From a bacterium (GTDB lineage Bacteria; Joyebacterota; Joyebacteria; Joyebacterales; Joyebacteraceae): DNA of 64,000 nucleotides. The notes under the pieces are model-generated. The model was not told the DNA's origin and made no database searches. It saw nothing but the letters and a program-made list of their open reading frames with translations. The stretch lies in assembly GCA_029990205.1 (NCBI GenBank), contig JAPEKQ010000002.1, forward strand, positions 32,845 through 96,844, in the 5' to 3' direction. A program made the position numbers and the translations under genes. Below are positions 8,005 through 17,563 of this stretch, one piece after another. How positions within the stretch are numbered: position 1 is the stretch's first letter; the number at the start of each line of letters is the position of its first letter.

Positions 8005-10326
8005 CTAGGTCACGGGCGTTAGCTTCCCGTACCTTAGCATGATGCGCTTCTCGACTCCACCGGCCTCATCGAAGCGGACGGTGACGACCATGTCGCCTCC
8101 GTGGCCCGCGATCCCGACAATGACGCCCTCACCCCACGACGGGTGCCGAACGCGGGTCCCCGGACCGAACTCCACGGCCTCCTGGCTCTGGTTCTCGTAG
8201 TCCGGAAAGACCCCGCGGGAACCACCTGAGGAACGCCCGGCGCCTCCGCGTGCTCCCGCGCCGCCACGCGAGCCCGCGCCGCCACGCGAGCCCGCTCCTC
8301 CGCGCGCACCCGCTCCGCGACCGGCTCGTCCCCGACCGCGCATCCCGTACCCGCCGCCGGGCCTCGAGGCCCGCTTCTGCTCGACGGCCGTCGAGACGGT
8401 CTCGAGATGGGATTCGTCGATCTCATGGATGAACCGTGACGGAGAGCGCAGGTTCGTCGTGCCGCCGCGCCGCCGCGTGTCCGCGGAGAACATGTGGAGC
8501 TGATTCATCGCCCTCGTCATCCCGACGTAGCAGAGCCGGCGCTCCTCCTCCATCTCCTCGTCGTCCTCGAACGACGACTCGTGGGGAAGCAGCCCGTCCT
8601 CCATTCCGGGGATGAGCACGATGGGGAACTCGAGCCCCTTCGCGTTGTGAAGCGTCATGAGCGAGACCGTGTTCGCCTCGCCCTCCCACCGGTCGATGTC
8701 CGCGACGAGCGAGACCTGTTCGAGGAATGCGCCGAGGCTCTCCTCGCCGCTCATCTCGACGAACTCGCTGGACGCCGAGACCAGCTCCTCGACGTTCGCC
8801 AGCCGCTGCGCGGTGTCCTCCGTGCGGCGGCCGTCGAGCCACGCCACGTATCCGGAACCGTCGAGCACCTCGTCGAGCAGGATGTTGACCGGTGTCGTCT
8901 CCACCTTCCGGCGCAGCCGGTCGAACATCCCGCGAAGCTCGCCGAGCGCAGTCCGCGCCGCCGGCCCGACACCGACGACCTCGCCGCCCATCCCGAGCGC
9001 CTCGTAGAGCGGAATGCCGCGGTCCAGGGCAAACTCCTCCAGACGCTCGATCGTCTTGTCTCCGATCTTCCGCGGCGGGACGTTGACGATCCGCCGGAGG
9101 CTCACGGCGTCCGCCGGGTTAACGATGACCTTGAGATAGGCGAGCACGTCCTTCACCTCGGAGCGCTCGTAGAAGCGCACGCCGCCGACGATATCGTATG
9201 CGATGCCGGCGCGCCGCAGGCTGTCCTCGATCACGCGGGACTGCGCGTGCGTCCGGTAGAGGATGGCGAAATCCCGGGGCTGAAGCCCGCGCTTGCTCAC
9301 GAGCGTCAGCACGAGGTCGCGGATCTCGTCGGCCTCCTGGTACTCGTTCGAAACCCTCGTGAACCGGACCGGGGCGCCTTCTTCGCGCTCGGTCCACAGC
9401 TCCTTCTCTTTGCGACGCTCGTTGTTGCTCACCACATCGTGCGCCGCGGCGAGAATGCCCGCGGTCGAGCGGTAGTTCTGCTCGAGTCTGAGGGTCACCG
9501 CGTCCGGGTGGTCCTTCTCGAAATCGAGAATGTTCGTGATGTCGGCCCCGCGCCACCCGTAGATCGACTGATCGTCGTCGCCGACGACGCAGATGTTGCG
9601 GTGCACCGACGAGAGCAGGTTGACGAGCGCGTACTGCGCGTGGCTGGTGTCCTGATACTCGTCGACGAGCACGTGGAGGAATCGCTCGGCGTACGACCGG
9701 CCGAGTTCGGGCTCGCGTCTGAGCAGCTGCACGACCTCCTTGATGAGATCATCGAAGTCGAAGGCGTTGTTCTCGCGCAGCCCCTTCTCGTACTCCGCGT
9801 AGACCCTGGCGGCCGTCTGTTCGTAGTGGTTCCCGGCCCGGCTCGCGTAGTCCTCCGCGGTGAGCAGGATGTCCTTCGCCCGAGAGATCTCGCCAAGGAA
9901 CGACTTCGGCGTGAACGTCGTCGTCGAGATGCCGAGTCTCCCCATGCAGTTCTTCACGAGGTCGACCTGGTCGGTCATGTCGTAGATGGTGAAATCCCGC
10001 GTCCACCATCCCCAGTCGGCTTCGATGCGAAGCAGCCGCGCGCACATCGAGTGGAACGTTCCCACCCACGGCAGCGCGACGTCGCGCGAGAGCATCTCCG
10101 TGATGCGCTTCTTCATCTCCCCGGCCGCCTTGTTCGTGAAGGTCACGGCAAGGATGCGTCGGGGAGAGATGTTCTTCTCCTCGATGAGATAGGCGATGCG
10201 TCGGGTCAGCACGCGCGTCTTGCCGCTGCCTGCCCCGGCCAGCACCAGAAGCGGCCCGTCACCGTGGCGGACCGCTCGTTCCTGCACCGAATTGAGGTTC
10301 TCGAGGTACGTCGTCGTCTTCGTCAC
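8005..10326 (-). CDS. pcrA: ATP-dependent DNA helicase PcrA/UvrD family with a Gly/Arg-rich linker and C-terminal Tudor-like domain
   Basis: GTG start. Walker A AGAGSGKTRVLTRRIAYLI. C-terminus RGRGRAGRGAGARGGAGSRGGAGSRGGAGARGGAG then ...TRVRHPSWGEGVIVGI... Confidence 0.9.
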   Translation of the reverse strand: MTKTTTYLENLNSVQERAVRHGDGPLLVLAGAGSGKTRVLTRRIAYLIEEKNISPRRILAVTFTNKAAGEMKKRITEMLSRDVALPWVGTFHSMCARLLRIEADWGWWTRDFTIYDMTDQVDLVKNCMGRLGISTTTFTPKSFLGEISRAKDILLTAEDYASRAGNHYEQTAARVYAEYEKGLRENNAFDFDDLIKEVVQLLRREPELGRSYAERFLHVLVDEYQDTSHAQYALVNLLSSVHRNICVVGDDDQSIYGWRGADITNILDFEKDHPDAVTLRLEQNYRSTAGILAAAHDVVSNNERRKEKELWTEREEGAPVRFTRVSNEYQEADEIRDLVLTLVSKRGLQPRDFAILYRTHAQSRVIEDSLRRAGIAYDIVGGVRFYERSEVKDVLAYLKVIVNPADAVSLRRIVNVPPRKIGDKTIERLEEFALDRGIPLYEALGMGGEVVGVGPAARTALGELRGMFDRLRRKVETTPVNILLDEVLDGSGYVAWLDGRRTEDTAQRLANVEELVSASSEFVEMSGEESLGAFLEQVSLVADIDRWEGEANTVSLMTLHNAKGLEFPIVLIPGMEDGLLPHESSFEDDEEMEEERRLCYVGMTRAMNQLHMFSADTRRRGGTTNLRSPSRFIHEIDESHLETVSTAVEQKRASRPGGGYGMRGRGRAGRGAGARGGAGSRGGAGSRGGAGARGGAGRSSGGSRGVFPDYENQSQEAVEFGPGTRVRHPSWGEGVIVGIAGHGGDMVVTVRFDEAGGVEKRIMLRYGKLTPVT

Positions 10327-10380
10327 AGCCCTTCCCGTTTCATGCAGGGGTGTTTCTGCCGGTGGAGCGACACCGGTCCG

Positions 10381-13300
10381 CTAGAACTCCGCTCCGATGG
10401 CGAAGTGAGAGACCGGCTCGCCCGTCGTCTGAAGGTCGGTCGGCCACGCGAGATCGTACCGCAGCACGAAGTAGCCGAACCGCATCCTCGCGCCGATCCC
10501 GTAGCTGGCCTTGATGTCCTGGAACCGCACGGCGTCGGTGCGGGCGACACCGCGGAACTCCTCGTTCCACGCGGCGCCAAGGTCCGCGAACATCACGCCC
10601 CGAAGTCCCCAGATCGACAGCGGGATCGGCGAGGCGATGGTCAGATTGTCGATGAACGGGTAGCGGAGTTCGAGTGTCGCCAGCGCCACGTTGTGCCCGC
10701 TGAACTCGAAATCGTCGTACCCGCGGATCGAGTTGACGCCGCCGATGTAGAACGTCTGCGCGTCCGCCTGCGAACTCCGCGCGTAGACCAGCTTCGTCGC
10801 GAGGCTGTGTCTCGCGCCGATGCGCGTGTAGTGACGCAGATCGGCGATACCCGTCAGGAAGCTGAAATCGCTCCCCATCCCGATCGACTTGGAGACGGAC
10901 AGCGAGGAGCGCCCGCCGCTGATGGGACCGACCGATCCCCACAGCGTCGTGTCGTTGACGAAGCGCAGGCTCGGAAGGAGCAGCGTGCGATCGACCTCCT
11001 CGTCGGTGAGTTCGATCTCGCCTTCCGTGTTCTCCTCGGCGAAGCGCCGCGAGAGCGACAGGCTCCCGACGTCGAACTCGACGCGTGAGAAGTGGCTGAG
11101 CGGATACGTCATGCCGACCGAGACGCCGTAGTTGCGCTCGGTGAAGTACCGCTTCTCGCCCAGATCCTCGCCAAGCCGCGTGCGGTCCGAGTAGTAGTAC
11201 TCGCGGTAGGTGTAGACGGAGAGCGCGTAGTTGATCCGGTTCGCGAGATACTCATAGCGAATGTGCGCGTTCGAGAACTCGAAACTCGAGAAGAAGTCGG
11301 TGGCGACGTAGAAGCGATGGTTGCCCAGGATGTCGCTCACCGCGATCTCGGCTGTGCCGCCGAACCCGTAGGCGGAGCTGTATGAGAACCCGCCGTCGAT
11401 CCAGTCCGGGCTGAACTTGGGCGTGTACCGCTCGACGGTCCCGGCCTGCCGCTCCTCCTCCTCGATACTCGGAGGCAGCTGGCCGGTGGCACGCGAGTAG
11501 GCGGTCCGGGCCTTCCTCACGGCATCGCTCTCGGCGCGCTCGCCGGGCTCATCGCGAGGTCTGGGCGGCCCGCCGCCCAGCCTGAGCGGAGCCGGCTGCG
11601 TCATGGCCGTGTCGACCACGGCGGTCGCGTCGTCATCCGTCGGCGGATCATCGGGCATGGTGACGGTGCCGACGGAGGTGTCATCAATGATCTCGCCGTC
11701 CCGGCCGAACGTCACGACTTCGCTGTGCACGGTCGGCGCGTCAGAGAGGGCGACGCCCCCGTCATCCGCATCGGGACGCTCGACCACCGCGACCCATTCG
11801 TCCTGGTAGTTGTCGAACGGCTCGGGCGCGTCGACGTCCGAGATCGCCGGGAAGCGCTCGCCACCGTTGATGGCGTCCGCGAAGTGCGACAGCGGCGACT
11901 TCACGACGGCCACGTCCCAACCGCCCTCCTCGTACGCGGCGAACGCAAGCCGGTCGCCATCGTGAGACCAGCTCGGCGTCTCCGCGCCGCCGATGAGCGA
12001 TGTGAGCCGCACACACGTTGAGTCGCCGAGGTCCGCCAGGTAGAGATCCGGGGTCCCGAGTCGATCGGAGGAGTAGATGATGTAGCGGCCGTCCGGCGAC
12101 CAGGTGGGCGACTGCTCCCAGCCCGGGCCGCGAACGAGCGGTGTGACGCGTGTGCTCGCAACATCGACCGAGTAGAGGTCGTAGCTGCGATCGAACCCGC
12201 GATTGAGCGGCGAGTCGCGGTCCGACTCGAACGCGATCGACCGGCCGTCGGGCGACCAGGCCGGGTTCCGCTCGTCATCGTAGTCGTCGGTCAGTCGCCT
12301 CAGGCTCTCCCCCATCACGTCCGTGACGTAGAGCTCGGAGGCTCCGTCCCTCGTCCCGATGAACGCGATGTGGTCCCCGTCGGGCGACCAGACTGGCGTG
12401 TAGACGCCGTCAAGGTCGAACGCGAGACTCCGGACGAGCCCGCTCCCGTCGGCTCCGACGATGTGGATCGCGTCACTGCCGCCGGCCTTCGTGCCGAAGC
12501 AGATCATCGTTCCGTCGGGCGACCACGAGAAGCCCACCCGCAGCACGTGCATCTGCTCGAATGCGTCGGTCGTCTCGCCCTTGATGATGCGACCGAGCGT
12601 CGCCCCATCGAGCGTCGAGACGTGGTACACGTCGGCATACCCTGTCCTGTCCGAGAGGAACACCACGGAGTTGCCGTCGGGCGCGATCGAGGGACCGACA
12701 TTGAAGTATGAGTTGTCCTTCCTGTGGTCGGTCAGAAGCTTCGCCTCGTCCTTCGCGCGCTCCAGCCCCGCGATCCCGGGCCAGTAGCGGTTCCGAAGCC
12801 ATCGTTCCCACTCCTGGTTGAGCTCGGCCGTCGACAGCCCGGTCGCCTCGCGGAGCGAGCGCTCGAGGTTCTGCGTTCTCGCCATCACCCGGACGAGTTC
12901 CTTGACCTTCTCCTCGCCGTACCGGTCCGCGATGAAGTTGAGCGCGGACTGTCCTTCCTTGTAGACGAGATACCCGCCGTAAAGATACTCGAGCGGCACG
13001 ACCGCGTCCGCCGTCGTGAGATCGCGCAGGATCATCTCGGCCTGTGTGTCCCAGCCCTGCGAGGCGAACTCAGCCAGCCCCTCCGCGAACCAGAGCGGGA
13101 CCGGGTTGAAGTACGCCTGACGGATGACCGACTCGGCGAGACCGCGGTAGACGATGTCGAACATGAACACGTGCGTCATCTCGTGATGGATGACGTGCCT
13201 GAGTTCGTAGTACGAACCGGTGAACGGGATGACGACGCGGTTCTTGAACAGCTCGGTGAACCCGCCGACCCCCTCGCCTACGTGCGACGAGAGGACGTTG

Positions 13301-13605
13301 GTCTGCTGGAACTCGTTGTGGGAGGCGTAGACGATGATGGGGATCACCGTCGTCAGTTCGTGGCCGAAGAGCTCCTCGAGGTGGTCGTTCGATTCCTCGA
13401 CGATACGGCAGACGGCGTCCGCGACATCCTCCGACCCGTCGTAGTAGTAGACGTCGAAGTGCTCGGTGCGGATGATCTGCCAGTCGAAGTTCTGGTACTG
13501 TATCTTGTTCCTGCCGAACTGGGCGCCCCGGGCCGCGTCCGCGGTGGCGAGGAGGGCGGCCACCGCTCCCAGCAGGACCATGAGTCGTGCGCTTCGCATG
13601 AACAT
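10381..13605 (-). CDS. Large outer-membrane protein: N-terminal HExxH (MA-clan-like) domain, central TolB-like WD40/PD40 beta-propeller repeats, C-terminal Omp85/D15 surface-antigen beta-barrel
   Basis: Signal peptide MFMRSARLMVLLGAVAALLATADA. HVIHHEMTHVF (HExxH). Repeated ...WSPDG(R/D).IAF... motifs (PAWSPDGRSIAFESDR, PTWSPDGRYIIYSSDR, PSWSHDGDRLAF). C-terminus ...GIGARMRFGYFVLRYDLAWPTD...SHFAIGAEF ends in an aromatic residue. Start is ATG 13605 or 13599. Confidence 0.8.
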   Translation of the reverse strand: MFMRSARLMVLLGAVAALLATADAARGAQFGRNKIQYQNFDWQIIRTEHFDVYYYDGSEDVADAVCRIVEESNDHLEELFGHELTTVIPIIVYASHNEFQQTNVLSSHVGEGVGGFTELFKNRVVIPFTGSYYELRHVIHHEMTHVFMFDIVYRGLAESVIRQAYFNPVPLWFAEGLAEFASQGWDTQAEMILRDLTTADAVVPLEYLYGGYLVYKEGQSALNFIADRYGEEKVKELVRVMARTQNLERSLREATGLSTAELNQEWERWLRNRYWPGIAGLERAKDEAKLLTDHRKDNSYFNVGPSIAPDGNSVVFLSDRTGYADVYHVSTLDGATLGRIIKGETTDAFEQMHVLRVGFSWSPDGTMICFGTKAGGSDAIHIVGADGSGLVRSLAFDLDGVYTPVWSPDGDHIAFIGTRDGASELYVTDVMGESLRRLTDDYDDERNPAWSPDGRSIAFESDRDSPLNRGFDRSYDLYSVDVASTRVTPLVRGPGWEQSPTWSPDGRYIIYSSDRLGTPDLYLADLGDSTCVRLTSLIGGAETPSWSHDGDRLAFAAYEEGGWDVAVVKSPLSHFADAINGGERFPAISDVDAPEPFDNYQDEWVAVVERPDADDGGVALSDAPTVHSEVVTFGRDGEIIDDTSVGTVTMPDDPPTDDDATAVVDTAMTQPAPLRLGGGPPRPRDEPGERAESDAVRKARTAYSRATGQLPPSIEEEERQAGTVERYTPKFSPDWIDGGFSYSSAYGFGGTAEIAVSDILGNHRFYVATDFFSSFEFSNAHIRYEYLANRINYALSVYTYREYYYSDRTRLGEDLGEKRYFTERNYGVSVGMTYPLSHFSRVEFDVGSLSLSRRFAEENTEGEIELTDEEVDRTLLLPSLRFVNDTTLWGSVGPISGGRSSLSVSKSIGMGSDFSFLTGIADLRHYTRIGARHSLATKLVYARSSQADAQTFYIGGVNSIRGYDDFEFSGHNVALATLELRYPFIDNLTIASPIPLSIWGLRGVMFADLGAAWNEEFRGVARTDAVRFQDIKASYGIGARMRFGYFVLRYDLAWPTDLQTTGEPVSHFAIGAEF

Positions 13606-13694
13606 AGGTTGTCCCATCCGTGTAGGAACCTGCTCGGTTTTCATTCTAGTCCCGCCCGAGCGGGGTGTCAACCGGACCCGGGCACGTCGGCCTG

Positions 13695-13723
13695 TTGACA
13701 GGAGCGCGCGCCGGGGCGATGAT
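13695..13723 (+). promoter_or_regulatory. Candidate sigma70 promoter: TTGACA, 17 nt spacer, GATGAT
   Basis: TTGACA at 13695-13700 and GATGAT at 13718-13723, about 50 nt upstream of the lipoprotein ORF. Weak -10. Confidence 0.3.
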
Positions 13724-13775
13724 GAAGGTGTCCGCGGGGGGATTCCAACCGATCCGCATCGGAGGTCGACGCAGA

Positions 13776-14141
13776 ATGAGACGAAGAGCCGCCTCAGATG
13801 TTCGCTTTGCCGTATGCGCCGTCGCGCTCGCGCTCGCGACCGTGGCCCTGACCGGCTGCGGCGCCGATGCCGACAGTGAGATAGGGACGGACCCGACGGA
13901 CACGGTCTACATCGAGTACATGGCCGCGCTGACGCTCTCCATCGAGGAGGGCCTCTCGGGCGATGCGGCGGAGACCCGGATGGCCGAGCTCGGCGTCGAG
14001 CCTCTCACGCGTGAGGAGATCGACGAGCACGTCCAAAGACTGAGCCGCGACCCCGTCAGGTGGTCACGGCTCGAGGAACAGGTTCAGGAACGTCTGGAAG
14101 AGCTCCGGCGCGAGCAGCGCTCTCCTACCACAGCCCCATGA
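13776..14141 (+). CDS. Small lipoprotein, hypothetical
   Basis: MRRRAASDVRFAVCAVALALATVALTGC (lipobox LTGC). GGAGG RBS 10 nt upstream. Overlaps the 3' end of the convergent rseP by 17 nt. Confidence 0.5.
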   Translation: MRRRAASDVRFAVCAVALALATVALTGCGADADSEIGTDPTDTVYIEYMAALTLSIEEGLSGDAAETRMAELGVEPLTREEIDEHVQRLSRDPVRWSRLEEQVQERLEELRREQRSPTTAP

Positions 14142-15426
14142 TGTCTCGCACGACCAGCAGCACCATCACGACACCGAAGAAGGCCAGGCCGATCTGCTGC
14201 CACACGATGAGCTGACGCTCCGTGAGCGTCCGCTTCCTGAGCTTCTCAAGGAGCAGCAGCAGGAGATGCCCGCCGTCGAGAATGGGCAGCGGGAGCAGGT
14301 TGATGACGCAGAGGTTGATGCTCATGATCGCCATGAACGTGAAGAAGTAGCTTCCACCCCACCGCGCACTCTCACTCGCCATTCTCACAACACGGATCGG
14401 ACCACCGAGCTGCTCGGTCGACGCCCGGAGCGTCACCAGCTGCCAGAAGAAAGCGCACACCTGTGAGAACGTGCTTCCGGTGAACCGGGCGCTTCCGAGG
14501 ATGGCCTCGCCCGGCCCCAGTCTCTCCGTCGCCCAGGGCCGCATGACGCCGATGAGACCGACCTCCACCATCTCGCCCTCCGCGTTCGGCTCTTCGCCGA
14601 CGTCCGTGTGGAGCACCGCGCGCATCTCGGTTCCGTCGCGTTCCCAGACGATCTCGACATCGCTGTCGGGCCTCTCGCGGATCGTGTCGCCGACCTCGAA
14701 CCAGTCCCCGACGGCGACTCCGTCGATCGACAGGATACGGTCACCCTTGTGGATCCCGGCCGCCGCGGCGGGGCTTCTCCCCTGAAGACCGCCGACCACC
14801 GGCGGCACGTACGGCTCGAGCCCGAACTCGAACGCGGCGGTCTCGTCGTCGATGACCGTCGGCAGCTCGAAGTCAACGCTCCGGCCGTCCGAGAACACGA
14901 GCGAGAGCCCGGCCTGCGCGTTCCCGACCTCCGAGTAGATATCCGCCCAGTTCTCGACCGCAACACCGTTGACGCTCTCGATCCGGTCACCCACGGCCAC
15001 GCCTTCGCGCTCCGCGTCAGAGCCCTCGGCGACGGCGCCGACGATCGGCTCGCCGAAGGTCGGAAGACCCGCCAGCATGAGAACGCCGACGACGACGATG
15101 AAGGCCCACACGAAGTTCATGATGGGACCCGCGGCCACGATGAACGCCCTCAGCGAGATACGCTTCGCGACGAAGCTGTCCGGTGGCGCACCGGTCGGAT
15201 CGGCCACGTGCTCCGCCCCCGACATCTTCACGTACCCGCCGAGCGGAATGGCCGAGATGGCGAACTCGGTGTCACCCACGACCCTCGTGAGTATGCGCGG
15301 ACCGAACCCGATCGAGAACCGCTCGACCCGAACGCCGGAGATACGGCACGCGAGGAAGTGACCGATCTCGTGAACGATGATGAGGATCCCGAGAAGGACC
15401 GCGGCGAAGATGTAGTAGATGAACAT
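14125..15426 (-). CDS. rseP: RIP metalloprotease RseP (site-2 protease, M50, with PDZ domains)
   Basis: MFIYYIFAAVLLGILIIVHEIGHFLACRISGVRVERFSIGFGP... (HExxH within TM1). C-terminus ...ILDGGHLLLLLLE. Confidence 0.9.
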   Translation of the reverse strand: MFIYYIFAAVLLGILIIVHEIGHFLACRISGVRVERFSIGFGPRILTRVVGDTEFAISAIPLGGYVKMSGAEHVADPTGAPPDSFVAKRISLRAFIVAAGPIMNFVWAFIVVVGVLMLAGLPTFGEPIVGAVAEGSDAEREGVAVGDRIESVNGVAVENWADIYSEVGNAQAGLSLVFSDGRSVDFELPTVIDDETAAFEFGLEPYVPPVVGGLQGRSPAAAAGIHKGDRILSIDGVAVGDWFEVGDTIRERPDSDVEIVWERDGTEMRAVLHTDVGEEPNAEGEMVEVGLIGVMRPWATERLGPGEAILGSARFTGSTFSQVCAFFWQLVTLRASTEQLGGPIRVVRMASESARWGGSYFFTFMAIMSINLCVINLLPLPILDGGHLLLLLLEKLRKRTLTERQLIVWQQIGLAFFGVVMVLLVVRDIMGLW

Positions 15427-15498
15427 TCGTCTCGTCTTCCGTCATGGGACCGTCCGCCCGGGCGCGTGCTGCGCGCGGGAGCCGGTGCCCGTCCTGGT

Positions 15499-16659
15499 CT
15501 ACGTGTTGAGCTCGCGGATGAGCTCTGATGCGACGGCCGCCGCTTCGGTCTCCGCGGCCCGGATGGCTTCGAGCGACTCGGCGGCGCCCGACGACGTCCG
15601 CTCGAGCGTCCGCTCGATGACGGCGGCGATCCCGCCGAACGGCAGCCGGCGCGTGACAAAGGCGTCGACCGCACACTCGTCGGCGGTCGCCGCGACAGCG
15701 GGCGCAGTTCCGCCGCGTCTGCCGGCCTCGAGCGCGAGCCCGAAGCACGGGTACCGCGACTCTTCGAGCGGCTCGAAGTGGAGCGCGCCGAACTCGGAGA
15801 GCGTTCTCCCGCCGAACGACACGGTCGGAGGGTCGGGGTAGTACATCGCGTACTGGATGGGGACCCTCATGTCCGGATCACCAAGATGCGCGAGCTGACT
15901 GCCGTCCTTGAGTCGCACGAGCGAGTGCACGACCGACTCCCGATGGACGACGACCTCGATCCGGTCGAACCCGAGACCGAACAGCCAGTGCGCCTCGAGC
16001 ACCTCGAGTCCCTTGTTGAACATGGTCGCGGAGTCGACCGTGACCTTCGCCCCCATCTCCCACGTCGGATGCTTGAGCACGTCCTCGATCGTTGCGGTCT
16101 CGAGCGTCGAGGCGTGCGCGTCGCGGAGCGGACCGCCTGACGCGGTCAGCGTGATGCCCTCCACCTCGTCGTGGTGGACGCCGCGCAGACAGCGGAAGAT
16201 GGCGCTGTGCTCGCTGTCGACCGGCACGAGTTCACTCCCCGTGACCGTCGCGAGCGCCGTGATGAGTTCGCCGGCCGCGACCAGCGATTCCTTGTTGGCG
16301 ATGGCCAGCTGATGGCCGGCGCGGACCGCCGCCATGGCGGGACCGAGCCCCGACGCCCCGACCAGCGCGTTGACCACGACGTCAACGGACGGATCGGACG
16401 CGAGAGCGTCGAGCCCCTCCGCTCCGCTGAGCGCCTCAACACCACCGGGCAGCGCGACGTCGGCGGTCGTGTCCGCGTCGCCGAATACCACACGGTCCGC
16501 CCGGAACCGCTCCGCCTGCTCCGCGAGGAGCTCCGTGTTGCGATACGCGGAGAGCCCGACGACGTCGAAGTCGTCCGGCGCGGCCTCGACGACCGAGAGC
16601 GCTCCGGTCCCGATGGAACCGGTCGAGCCGAGAATGACGATGCGTCTCGCCTTGGACAC
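15499..16659 (-). CDS. dxr: 1-deoxy-D-xylulose 5-phosphate reductoisomerase
   Basis: VSKARRIVILGSTGSIGTGALSVV... GTG start at 16659 with GGGAG upstream. The longer track ORF would overlap cdsA. Confidence 0.9.
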   Translation of the reverse strand: MSKARRIVILGSTGSIGTGALSVVEAAPDDFDVVGLSAYRNTELLAEQAERFRADRVVFGDADTTADVALPGGVEALSGAEGLDALASDPSVDVVVNALVGASGLGPAMAAVRAGHQLAIANKESLVAAGELITALATVTGSELVPVDSEHSAIFRCLRGVHHDEVEGITLTASGGPLRDAHASTLETATIEDVLKHPTWEMGAKVTVDSATMFNKGLEVLEAHWLFGLGFDRIEVVVHRESVVHSLVRLKDGSQLAHLGDPDMRVPIQYAMYYPDPPTVSFGGRTLSEFGALHFEPLEESRYPCFGLALEAGRRGGTAPAVAATADECAVDAFVTRRLPFGGIAAVIERTLERTSSGAAESLEAIRAAETEAAAVASELIRELNT

Positions 16660-16673
16660 CGCGGTCTCCCTCG

Positions 16674-17531
16674 CTACTGGGGAATCATGAGTTGGAGCTT
16701 CGGCAAGATGAAGCGCAGGTAGTAGTACACGAACGGCGCCACGAAGAGCACGCTGTCGAACCGGTCCAACATGCCGCCGTGTCCCGGGAGCGCGCGTGAT
16801 GTGTCCTTGACCTGGACGTCGCGCTTCATCATGGACTCGACGAGGTCGCCCAGCGTCGCGGCGACAGCCGCGATGACGCCGAGCGCGAGCGCGTCCCAGA
16901 CCGAGAGGAACGTCGCGAACGTGTGGCGCGCGAGGAAGGCGGTCGCCACCGCGAGTATGAGTCCGCCGACTGCGCCCTCCACGGACTTGTTCGGACTCAC
17001 GCGCGGCATGAGCTTGGTCTTCCCGAACGCGCTCCCGAAGAAGTACGCGCCGGTATCGCACAGCCACGCGAGCCCGAACGCGAGGATGACGAACCAGCCG
17101 CCGCGGTCACCCCACGGTGAAGATTCACCAAGCTGTCTGAGAAGGATGATATGGCTTCCGAGCCAGCCGACGTAGAAGACCCCGAGGATGGTCGTCGAGA
17201 TGTGGAAGACGGCGAGTTCGCTGTCGCGACGGAAGAGCTCCATGACCATCACGAGCGCAAGCACGACGGTCACGAAGAAGCTCGAGAACATGCCCTCCTG
17301 GAAGTAGACGTACCAGGAGACGCCCAGACCCGCGAGAATGCCGACGGTCTTGTAGGGCTTGATGCCCTTGTACTCCATCATGCGGTAGAACTCGAACAGA
17401 CCGACGCCCAGCACGAAATTGATGACGATGAGGAAACCCCAGCCGCCGACGAGCGAGAATACGATCGCCGCCGGCACACCCACCGCCGCCGTCAAGAGAC
17501 GCTTGCTGAGCTGCTGTCGATTGACGCCCAT
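16674..17531 (-). CDS. cdsA: Phosphatidate cytidylyltransferase
   Basis: Multi-TM protein. C-terminal ...KRDVQVKDTSRALPGHGGMLDRFDSVLFVAP. Confidence 0.9.
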   Translation of the reverse strand: MGVNRQQLSKRLLTAAVGVPAAIVFSLVGGWGFLIVINFVLGVGLFEFYRMMEYKGIKPYKTVGILAGLGVSWYVYFQEGMFSSFFVTVVLALVMVMELFRRDSELAVFHISTTILGVFYVGWLGSHIILLRQLGESSPWGDRGGWFVILAFGLAWLCDTGAYFFGSAFGKTKLMPRVSPNKSVEGAVGGLILAVATAFLARHTFATFLSVWDALALGVIAAVAATLGDLVESMMKRDVQVKDTSRALPGHGGMLDRFDSVLFVAPFVYYYLRFILPKLQLMIPQ

Positions 17532-17563
17532 ACCGTTTCTCGCCTCTCGGGCCGCGCCGTCTA

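Noticed and set aside
8494-11088. 864-aa plus-strand ORF
   Set aside because: Antisense to pcrA and the outer-membrane-protein gene. Arg/Ala/Pro/Gly/Val/Asp/Leu-rich low-complexity translation typical of the non-coding frame opposite a high-GC gene. No recognisable domain.
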